Below are positions 22,587 to 33,063 of a stretch of DNA of 64,000 nucleotides, in pieces. This stretch comes from Lepidodermella squamata (Eukaryota; Animalia; Gastrotricha). The position numbers and the translations under genes were made by a program. A model generated the notes under the pieces. The model was not told the origin of the DNA. It saw only the letters and a program-made list of their open reading frames with translations, and searched no databases. Positions within the stretch are counted from its first letter, which is position 1; each line of letters begins with the position of its first letter. The stretch spans positions 992,001-1,056,000 of the forward strand of contig JBLDXI010000042.1 in NCBI GenBank assembly GCA_047495785.1. The letters are read 5' to 3'.

Positions 22587-25500
22587 ATGGCTTTCTATGC
22601 ACTACTCGCCGTAGCCGCAATATTTTCATCAGCTTCTGCTTGTCCGGCTACGACAACAACAACTTCATCAACATCAACGCCATGCCCTACAGCTGCTGGG
22701 AGCAGCTGCCCTAACGGGCAGAGTTGCCTTGCCTCAGCTCCGACTCCTTGCCCTGATGGGAAGAGTTGTTTTACTACATCAAATCCTTGCCCAAGCGGCC
22801 AGACGTGTCAAGCCCCAAGCGTCGCGGCTTCAACGACTTACAATCTCTGTCAAATCACTAAAACTTTAGGAGCAACATTTGTTACCAACTTGAAATTCTG
22901 CACGTCAAACGCTGGATCCTGCTCATCAGTCTTCACTACTGGAGCAACTGTAACGCATATAAATTTGAGATTCTTTCAACTTGTCAAAATGTTTTACAGA
23001 CGGCTAGCGGCGTAGCGGCTACATCGTTCGCGAGTTTCGACGAATGCTGCACAGCCGCAGCGACTGGTGCAACACTAGTTTACGAGATGTTCCCAACCGC
23101 TACCTCTGCGAAAATAACAGCTTGCTTCGGGGCTACAAAAAATAGCGTTTACGCCAGATGGCAACCAGCAACTGGTTCTGCTTACTGCATGCAATTCCCG
23201 CAAACCGCACTTAATAGCGTAGACACAATTGTAACCGATAATGGCGGGGTAAGACTATGTTCTTTCCAGTCTGATGCATAAATTGTTCAAGGGTTACGTG
23301 GAGTACTGTATGCCCAAGGCCCAAGGCTAAAAAAACCGAACAAACCAGATTTTTAACCCTCTAACCATTTCACGACGGGCGCGACGATTTCGGAATTTCG
23401 ACTTTGATCGACCTTTCGAGGAATATTGCTTTTTAAATTCGGAATGGCTATTCGTACATAAATATGTATGCGATTTTGGCTATTCGTACATATTTATGTA
23501 CGCGAATTTGGCTATTCATACATAAATATGTACGCGATTTCGGCTATTCGTACATAATATGTACGCGTTTTTGGCTATTCGTACATATGGAGGAAACACA
23601 CCTAAGACCACGAAAAACGGAATATGGCGTAGTATTGACCCGCACATTTTTATGTGGGAGTGGATATTCGCACACATTCTAGTACAGTTTTACGACTATT
23701 CGTAAATATTTTCAGAAAATGAAACTGCATCATTTTTATTCTCATTTGCATCATTCAAACCTTTTTCATGATCAATATTCGGTGTTATCATTAAGTATCT
23801 TAACGAATACTAGGTTTCAGTTCAACTAAGGATTAGGACTTTAGGCTCCGGTCTTCGGCCGCGTTTTTTCGATGATGGGAAGACGGTTGCATGCTGACTT
23901 TCGAGGCAGCTAATAAGGTGATTTCGCATGTCCGTTGAGGATTTGAAGCAGGTCACACCAGGATCGCCGCCATCGATGAGAAGAAGTAAGCATGCAGCTG
24001 CGAAAACGCCGCAATCGGTACCGTTTGATTGCCTCGGACATGGCTCAAGGTGAACCTTCAGCCGCCCGTCTTCCATCAGCAACCGGTACCTATCCCTCAG
24101 TTGGGCGCGAAGCTCTTCATCCATTGATGTAGCCGGCAAAGAGTCATAAACTGCAACCTTGCGGTGGAAAGTAGTCGACAAAACCCAATGGGTGTTTCTG
24201 ATGTTGTGGAAATAAAATCCTTGTTCGGTTGCCACATCGCCAGCAAGTGCAACCGTTGTAGCACAAGGGGCCGTTTCTAGCCGAAATGACGATTTAGCGA
24301 GCGCAATTGACGTTATAGCATCCATAACTTCGTCTGTGAGCCACCCTCCTTGCTCAATTATCTCCTTCTCGTCGAGCGACAGGTTCAACTCCGGGACCCA
24401 AGCCCTATCGATTTCTTCGAGAAGGCTTATTTGCTTGAGGTCTTTGTCGACCAAGCAGACGCTCGGGCAATGCAGGCGCTTTCCAGGTTTTCCAATCATT
24501 GACTTGATGTGTTTTGCTGCAGTTCGGCGTTTGATGCACATGTTGAGCGACGTAAACTCCTTTCGAAACTGGTCCTTCTCTTCTTCTGTCAGCCTGCAAT
24601 TCGCTGGATAAGTTGCGAAGTCATCGGCGTTCACCGTGTGGCCCGTGTGCCTAAAAACGGCAGCAGCTACATGCCAGAGTCCATCTTTCCTTAATGTAAG
24701 CGACAAACGCGCCTTGCACTCAGAATACAGATAACCTAAAGTTGTACTTGGGTTTCAATGCTCTAAGAATCAACATTTTATTACCTTGGTTTTCTCGGAC
24801 ACCATTGCTCTTTGTCGCACGCTCAGTACTGTGGCAACATTCGACAATCAGTTGCTTGGGCATCGTTGAACGCTTTATGAAAGGCTGATGAGTTTGATCG
24901 CAATGCTTCTTCACCTTGCCGAACAGTACGCTCTTCGTCATGTTAAAAGAAGCGCCATGAGTGAAAGAGCCTGGGTCGCAGTCGATAACAAGACCTGGAA
25001 TCAAAGTCGGACCGGGATTCATCTCAACATTGCCCGACTGAAGCAGTACATAAAATATTATCAGTCTCCCTCGCTTGCCCGAACCGTTGTTGACGGCAAT
25101 TTTGAACTTGACGTGGCACGTCACGGTTAGCCACGCTGGCGTTAGCCTGGGCGAGGAGGATGGCGATACAGAATTGAAACCAGGGTGGCAGCCATTGCCA
25201 ATTAGGACAAGAAAAAGTAAAGTAGATATCATTCTACCTATAGGTGAACTCTGAATATTAGATTGAACACAATTTCACAATGAACCCGTTTGAACCGAAT
25301 TATAAGCTGAATTGTGGTTGTATAAAACAAGAGCTTCCAGCCTAATCTAACTTATGTCTGGGATTCCAGTATAATCTGACCAATGTTCAAAATATAATCG
25401 AGAAGCAAAGCAAAGCAAATGTGGGTTGTATTCGGGACTAGACCTCATAAAAAAGATCCGATGTCCATATTATTTCAAACGACATCTTCAAAATTAAGGC

Positions 25501-26621
25501 CATTATTGAGAAATATAGAATGAAAGATATCAAAATTTTGATCGAAATCCAAGAAAACTTGAGGTTAGCTGTTGTTTAAAGACTGGCTTAATGAAAGTAG
25601 ATAGTGGTTTGAGAAGCTAATATTTCCCCAAGACAGCGCGCTTCCTCCGGTAACAAGGGCATCAGCGTTTTCGCAAGGAATTTCATTAATGTGATGGGAC
25701 GGTGACGAGCCGTATAAACTGGTTCAATGCTAAAATATTTCATTTAACAACCTGAACAAATTTTTTATTTTTTTTTATTTTTATTTTCTCGCTCAGTAGT
25801 AGACACTTTTGTATCTCCATTCATATATTGCTTTTCAAAAATTACACTCATTTTTTATGGACATTTATTTATTTCATCTCACTTATCTGGCTGATTTATG
25901 TTTATTAAGCCTATTTAACCACATTTTTTACCATATGTACGAATAGCCAAAATCGCGTACATATTATGTACGAATAGCCGAAATCGCGTACATATTTATG
26001 TATGAATAGCCAAAATCGCGTACATAAATATGTACGAATAGCCAAAATCGCGTACATATTTATGTATGAATAGCCTCACTCTTTTAAATTTTAAATTTTA
26101 AATTTTTTCAACTTGAAATTTCATTGGTTTCTGATAATTGTCTGATCCAACAAAACATACCACGGGTCCGCCGTAGTCTCCCAGACTTCAACTTTTTTTT
26201 GATAGCTAACAAGAGTGAGGGAATCTTAGGGACATTCATGGGAGTAGTTTAGAATCTAAAATCCCAAAGCTGAAGGCACCTGACCCAGAAATTAGGATGC
26301 TCGAGAAATCGCCTGAAATCAGCTGGGCGGATTCGGCCCGTTTTTGTAACGGTGAACGGGGTAATCCGATGAACTCGGAACAAAAAATACCATGAAGTCC
26401 CTCCTCCCTCCCCCGCTTAATTCAAGGAAGGTATGGAGGACGAGAGTCGTTCCAAAACAGCGGCAATGATTTATGAAGTATTTTTCCTGTTCTTTCAGGT
26501 ACCATGGGAACATGACACTTACACGTCATGCTGTGCGACAATTGCTATGATGAACGGAAATGTAAATTACGGAATACCTAGCAAGGCGGTATTTGGTGTC
26601 AAGCCTATGACTTGCTACTGA
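22587..26621 (+). CDS. Secreted Thr/Cys-rich protein, copy 1; exons 22587-22949, 23000-23248, 23292-23318(?) and 26499-26621 (alternatively ends at TAA 23330)
   Basis: Signal peptide; three CPxGxS/TC repeats; two copies of a C..(F/Y)C..CC..YxxP..K..C(F/Y) unit; terminal exon has a good acceptor and an open frame in both duplicates; last donor uncertain (GC). Confidence 0.7.
23440..26081. mobile_element. Non-autonomous Mutator/MULE (Foldback-type) DNA transposon, 2.6 kb
   Basis: ~145-bp TIRs (23446-23590 / 25931-26075) built from ~4.5 tandem ~32-bp units GGCTATTCGTACATAAATATGTACGCGATTTT; 9-bp direct repeat TTTTAAATT at 23431-23439 and 26082-26090; absent from the duplicate unit. Confidence 0.88.
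23822..25232 (-). CDS. Transposon-borne polyprotein: hydrophobic leader - 2A-like motif - FAR1/WRKY-GCM1-like zinc finger - Ulp1/C48 cysteine protease; exons 24785-25232 and 23822-24735
   Basis: 49-nt intron 24736-24784 joins the two ORFs in frame; LLQSGNVEMNPGP; ECCH...ECKARL...WHV...HTGH; WLTDEVM, HWVL, VYDSL, RQSNGTDCGVF; basic C-terminus KKRGRRP. Confidence 0.85.
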
Positions 26622-26964
26622 TTATTCATGAGGAGTATGGTTCAATGAGCCGTGAAAACAGATTTAAATACTAATATTGGACGTTGATTCTTGATAATTT
26701 AATAATCGGCTCAATATATCGGCTTATTTCTTTATCGCTACCTTCAAATGATAGTTGTCTATGTACTTTGTAGCTTAATGGATTGCTTTTAATCCTGCTA
26801 TGTTATGTCCTGCTATAACTAACGAGTTCTCGACTTCGAACTGTGTAATATACTGTATAGACTCGATACTGCTATCATCATTAAAATACTTTTCGACACT
26901 AAAAACTGTGAAAAAAATCAAAGCGTCATTCAAAAATAGCGGGATTCCATTCGGGATACCATTC

Positions 26965-27845
26965 TGAAAGGAAAGCCATGCAATAGGCCGGATTTCAAAG
27001 ATGTTAAAAAGCCGAAAGCGAGAATTTTCAATGGCGATCGATTCCAGGGTCCAGCCCAGTGGATAGGTGTGGTCATGTTTCAGTAAGTTCCCGCAATGAA
27101 TTAACAACAGATGCAAAAATCATCGCATGTTTAACAACAAGAATGGAACTTTCGAAAGCAAATCCGGGTAATTGAATCATGCATTCAAGTTTCATAGTTC
27201 GAATTGACCTTAGAAAGTACAATGGGCTATGCACTGGCTTCCTAATCGATGATGAATGGGTACTAACTGCCGCACATTGCATGGCTTTGAACGAAAAGCT
27301 TATGTAAGAAACGCCTTGCTTATTATTTGTCTAAGAAAAAAAGATCGGCCCCATTTGTTCAAGGCGATGGGACCACAATACATATTTCCACCCGCAGACA
27401 TGTAACAGGACCTATGATGTCGTTTTCCGATTCGGGAAAGGCCATATCGATTCCGACCCGACTAAGACACCCTACGTCGACATACCAGTCGATCACTACG
27501 TTTACCACAGCGATTTTAAGCCAGGTTTCATTTAAATTTTGAGCAATTTTCCAATTTCATTCATATTTTTCTGCAAGGTGATTCGGCTGCTTTTGGCGAC
27601 ATAGCTCTGCTCCGTCTTCACCTTGCGAGATCGACAGAAAAGGGCTATGCAACAGTCAAAGCGAATGAACGGCATCTTTGTCTCCCGAATTCAGGCGATA
27701 AATTAGAGGCTTTGCCAGAAATCAGTATACTGATTTCTGGCAGGATCAGGATAAAGATCCTGATCACACCTGCATCGCAATCGGTTACTCGCCAGATTTT
27801 TCCTGAATAGTCTTCGCCAGTATCTTAAATGCAGATTTGCCAGAA
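26965..27845 (+). pseudogene. Truncated, frameshifted S1 serine protease (paralogue 2, closest to paralogue 3)
   Basis: Near-identical to 37825-38650; signal exon and GDSGGP exon missing; net +26-nt insertion at 27726-27752; ends at a MITE/LINE junction. Confidence 0.85.
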
Positions 27846-27851
27846 AACCAC

Positions 27852-27914
27852 AGGGGGGGACCCCTTGGACATAAAATTGGGGCCCCTAGTTCGAGGATTC
27901 TACTTCGCGCACTG
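27852..27914. mobile_element. Partial copy 3 of the ...CGCGCACTG MITE family
   Basis: ggggcccctagttcgaggattctacttcgcgcactg. Confidence 0.6.
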
Positions 27915-28455
27915 TTGTAATCTACATCAACGACTTGGCTCTTGTTCCCACATACTCAAAAATTGTCTTCTACGCCGACAACACCACAATGAAATAATAA
28001 TAGCCTGGGCTACTACGTAATTCGCGATAAGCTGCGAGATATGGACCCTAATGCTAAGCGGTGTAGGTGGCGGTTACCGAATGACTCTCAAATGAAGGAT
28101 CGATTCCATCCGGGAATTACGCGGAATTAAGTTACGCATGTTCAAGGTCACACGTGGCCCGTGTTTGACGAAGTCACGGAGTTCCCCGTCAACTGTGAAA
28201 GGCCTCAGGCCGACAGTGGTAATCTTCTGCTCTAGTCAGAACATCGTCGAAGCCACGCGACTCCTCCAGCTCGATGTTCAGAAAGTAGCAGACTGGCTCG
28301 GAAGCAACAGCTTGATGGTAAACGCCAAGAAATCGTTACTAATGGTTGTCGGTGCTAAAAGTGAATCGATTACTGAAGTAAGAATCATTATGAAAGACGC
28401 TTCTCTCAGGCCGTCTGACAAAATGGAAATTCTCGGCTTTATCCTCGATCGATAG
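27915..28455 (+). mobile_element. Non-LTR retrotransposon reverse-transcriptase relic, interrupted by ~220 nt
   Basis: VIYINDL...VFYADNTT (degenerate YADD), resuming as LQLDVQKVADWLGSNSLMVNAKKS...ILGFILD. Confidence 0.85.
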
Positions 28456-29359
28456 TATTTATCTACTGGAACTCAAAAAATTAGAAAAAGGACTATTTGG
28501 TCTGTCGATTTTTGAAATTAATTAAAATTACAATGGGCGGGCGGTTAGGTGGCATAAAAAGTGGTCGCGTGCCGCGCTTTTTGCAATAACAGCTCAGATA
28601 AATTCACTATGGAAAGATTGTTTGCGTCCTATCTGTTACAGTGTTGTCTATGCTGCGGCAGTTCGTAGATCTCAAACCTCGGTCGAATTTGCTCATTGCT
28701 CACTACATTTGCCGGTTACCACGATTTCGTAAAGGTATGTCATCAACCCAACATAACGTCGGTGTTTGAGGGCTGGGAGTTGGACCCAGGTAGTTTTAAA
28801 AAATCTTAGCTTAGTCCAGTCGACCCAGGATTTAAGGAGCCGCGTAGGCATAGGCATAGGCAATCATCCCGCCCTCCAATATGGGACAGCAGTAAGTTTT
28901 GAAGGCATTTCCGAGCTGTTTTCTTGAGAGGTCGGTTGTAACTTGAGTAGTTGCGTGACCACCGTGTTGCGTGTTGGCTTGCGCGAACTTTTCTCCGGAT
29001 AAACTGCTCCCTGGTCAGCCCCGAGTAGAACGGTAGTTGTTGGTTGATTCGTCGTTGGTTTTTCTTGCATCTCGGCGCTTTTGGCAATTCGGGTAAGTGA
29101 AGACCGTGTCAACGCGCTTTTTTAGGTCGCTGTACGAAGCCGCCCATGCCATTTCTTCCCCTCCTTCGACCAGTTAGATTTCATCTCCTCCAAGGTTAAA
29201 GGTTAAAGTATCGGCGAAGGTGTAAGTTTCCGGGACTTTCAAAGCTCGAGAAGCCGCCCGGTGGATCCCCGAATAAGAGATCAACCAAAATGTGGGGTCG
29301 AGGGCGCTGTCTAAGCAGATTCCGGCATCTTCTTGCTCGGAAGTCGCTTTTCGCTTTCA

Positions 29360-32182
29360 TTTTATCCCGCCAAAAACAGAGATGTCGTTTGACTTTTCTC
29401 GACGAAGCAGCAAAAAACACAGTGGAAAGTTTTAAGCTCTCTAGTTTTTTTCCTTCAAAATGCTTTCGCTCTACAAGCATGATCGTATGCCATCCACGGT
29501 GATGCAAACAACTAAAACAGACTTAACATCGCCGGTATACAACGACGAAGAGCTGTGTGCGCATGTATTTTCACTGTTCTAGGCGAAGCTCGTTCACTTG
29601 GTTGAAAAGATATTACAACCAGCATTTACACACATCATCCACCGGATCGTTTTCATCATTATATGCTCTTTTGTATTCTGCCATCCACACGGTGGCAATA
29701 ATAATAATATACACAACATAAAACGTCGTAATTAGCTTCAACGTTTCGAGCGAACGAGCAAACCGGTTGCTCACTTGTGGGCTGGCTTGTATGACGCGCT
29801 TGCAACATCAGCCTAGGGCAAAAAGAGAATACAGCCATGGACGGATCGTCTAGATAGTCCTTCACCAGTTAATATTTGTCGTGCGATGATGTGAAAATTG
29901 GCGAGTCATGAAACGCCATCCACAGTGATGAAACTAATAAAACAAAACTACAGGATGCAAAAATTATAATAATGACAACAATTGACAGGGCGGTATCATT
30001 AAGGTACACGTCACTAATTGCATGCCATGCAATTTTATCGCGCAGGTGCGTTTCGGCTAGTGTCCTGAGGCAGAAACGTAAATTTTCCCAGTGAACGTGT
30101 TTCAATGAGCGCGGCCGCAAAACTCGTTCTTTTTTGAACCTTCTTTGAATTATTTTCTTATTTCAAAAGAAATTGTTGAATAAATCTTGAATATTTGATT
30201 TATTCCTACATGCGCATATAGTAAAATTCAGCCATTGCGAAATTGAATTTCTCTATGGCTAAATTAAATTTTTTAAGGTGGACTTTTTATTTCAATGTTT
30301 AATCTATTTCACAGGGTTATGAACCTTCAACACCCCAAATAGTGGCTCCAGAGAGGGCGCATGTAGGAATAGGATTACTCTATTCACCACTCTCTTTCCC
30401 TCCCCTCTGGAACCCCGAGTGAGTTTTGCTCTATTCTGCTGGTTTTCTAGAAGTTTCCACATTTAAAATGGCTTTCTATGCACTACTCGCCGTAGCCGCG
30501 GTATTTTCATCAGTCTCTGCTTGCCCGGCTTCGACAACAACAACTTCAACAACATCAACGCCATGCCCTACAGCTGCTGTGAGTAGCTGCCCTAACGGGC
30601 AGAGTTGCCTTGCCTCAGCTCTGACTCCTTGCCCTGATGGGAAGAGTTGTCTTACGACATCAAATCCTTGCCCAAGTGGCCAGACTTGTCAAGCACCAAG
30701 CGGCCCGACTACAACGACTTACAATCTCTGTCAAATCACTACAACTCTAGGAGCAACCTCTGTGAATAACTTGAAATTCTGCACATCAAACGCTGGATCC
30801 TGCTCATCAGTCTTCACTACTGGAGCAACTGTAACACCTATAAATTTGAGATTCTTTCAACTTGTCATAATGTTTTACAGACAGCTACTGGCGTGGCGGC
30901 TACATCGTTCGCGAGTTTCGACGAATGCTGCACAGCCGCAGCGACTGGTGCTACACTAGTTTACGAGACGATACCAACCGATACCTCTACGAAAATAACA
31001 GCTTGCTTTGGGGCTACAAAAACGAAAGCTTACGCTATATGGCTAGGACCAGGTTTTGCGCCTTACTGCATCCAATTCCCGCAAACCGCTAAAAGTAGCG
31101 TAGACATAATGGGAACTGATAACGGGGTGAGACAATTCTATTCAGTCTAATACTCAAAGTGTGCGAAGAGTTACGTGGAGTAATGTATCCCCCAAGGCCA
31201 AGAAACCGAAAAAACCACAGGGGACACTTTAACCCTTTCACGGCGGGAAGTACGATTCAGAATTTCGATATTGAAAATTCGCAAAAATTGAATTAGATGA
31301 ATTCTTGGTCGCCCTTTTAAGAAATATTGCATTTCAATGATGGATACAAGGTGTTAAGACCAGGACACCGTTATCTTGCATGGTCAGAATGTACTAGCAA
31401 TTTGAAAATAGTCCACTTAAGGTTAAAATTTCAATTTTTTCAAAAATCGCCTGAAATCAGCTGGGCTGATAGGACGATTTCGGCCAATTTTTTGTACAGC
31501 CTCAACGGTCATAGACAACGGCAAACCAATTTCGAAATCGTGGTCAGGGCCTTCTTAAACAGGCGACAAATATTTTTTCTCAACCAGATACAAAATTCCG
31601 CCATAAATGGGTTTATCATGGGAACCAAAAAAGCCCCCCTCTCCTCGACCCCGCTTATAATTCAGAGAGAGTCGTTTCAAAGCAGCGGCAATGATTTATG
31701 ATGTATTTTCCCGGTTTTTTCAGACACCAAGGGAATATGACTCTTACACGGCATGCTGTGTGACAGTTGCCACGACGAACGGTGGTATCAGATACGGAGC
31801 TTCTAGCCATGCTGTATTTGGAGTCAAGCCTATGACCTGCTACTGATTATTCTCGCTTGGTTCAACCAGCCGTGAAAACAGATTAAAATACATATTTGAC
31901 GTGGATTCTTGCTAATTTATGACTCGATATATCGGCTATTTTCTTCATCACTTCATCACACGATATTTTGATATGTACTTGGTAGCCTAATGGATTGCTT
32001 TTAATCCTGCTATGTTCAGCAAAATAAAAAACTTTTGGTTTCCACTTTTCAAAGAATGAGTTCTGGACTTGGAACTGTATAATATACTGTATAGATTCGA
32101 TACTACTATCCCCATTTAAATACTTTTTGACGCTGAAAACTGTGCAAAAAAACAAAACGTCGTTAAAAAATAGCGGGATTCC
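29360..32182 (+). repeat. Local segmental duplication, unit 2
   Basis: Colinear with unit 1 but lacks the MULE. Confidence 0.85.
30468..31846 (+). CDS. Secreted Thr/Cys-rich protein, copy 2; nonsense change in exon 3 (TAC>TAA, 31181-31183), possible pseudogene
   Basis: Same exon structure as copy 1; terminal exon ~31724-31846 TPREYDSYTACC...KPMTCY* is still open. Confidence 0.65.
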
Positions 32183-33063
32183 TTACCTATACATGAGATT
32201 CCCTGTACTTAGTCTCTTACAACTACAGACTTTGAGCAATTATAAAGGACACAGCGCTCCATCAGTAGAAAAGTTGTTGTACGGGTCGGCGCAAGCGCAA
32301 AAATGCAAGAGATATTCAGGACTGGAATTTTCCAGGTTTTTTCACAACTTTTATGATTCGATTTTGAAAATGGCAACATCCCGAGAAGGGGTGGCGGGAG
32401 CTTCTGCCCGATTTTTCAACTTGCTCTGATAGGGCAGTCGAATGAAATCAGACCACGCCTGAGAAGATAATAATTCATTCGATCCAATCCGAATCTTCTA
32501 TCGAATCAGTGTTTCCCCTTGACGGAACCACGCGTCTTATGCCTTGAAATTACGATTTCCGTGATCGCTCAATGCCATTAATTCAGTTAAATTCAAAAAG
32601 AAAGAGGCAGCGTAGCAGCGTAAAAATTATCGAAATTATCTCAATTTTTTTCACATTTCATATTAATTAGTCATTTTTGAATAATTCTGTAAATTTTAGG
32701 CGAAGCGTAAATTCAGAATTGAACACTCGGTCTTATAGAAAATTTTACGCTTAATTTTCTGGAGATTTTTTCAGAATTATTCTGGTCAATCTTGACCCTC
32801 GAGAAATATCAGAAAAGTGATATCAGGCCACTGGAAAATTCCATAATTTGGTTCCGCTCACTGTAAAAAGAGGACCGATTTGACCCATAGATTATAGATA
32901 CATGCAGATAAGATCTATGGGACTGCCTTTATCGCCAGGCAACGTAACTCCAGATAAGAAAACTTATGGGCGGAGACACCAAAGCTGGAGTGATTACACA
33001 TATTTTACCCTATAAAATTAAAAAGATTGTTGTATAAAAGATTCTTCATCTTGCTCGTCTTTT

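Larger units (their letters stand above)
21400..26950 (+). repeat. Local segmental duplication, unit 1 (interrupted by the MULE)
   Basis: ~21400-23410 is colinear with ~29360-31270, and ~26305-26950 with ~31443-32182. Confidence 0.85.

Noticed and set aside
23446-23590. Regular ~32-bp repeats resembling a CRISPR array
   Set aside because: No unique spacers, no cas genes, and mirrored at 25931-26075: these are transposon TIRs in eukaryotic DNA
23464-23682. 72-aa ORF over the left TIR (similarly 20092-20442, 35255-35491, 49360-49629)
   Set aside because: Translations of repeat or MITE sequence
28806-29507. Short overlapping basic ORFs
   Set aside because: No motifs or convincing splice pattern
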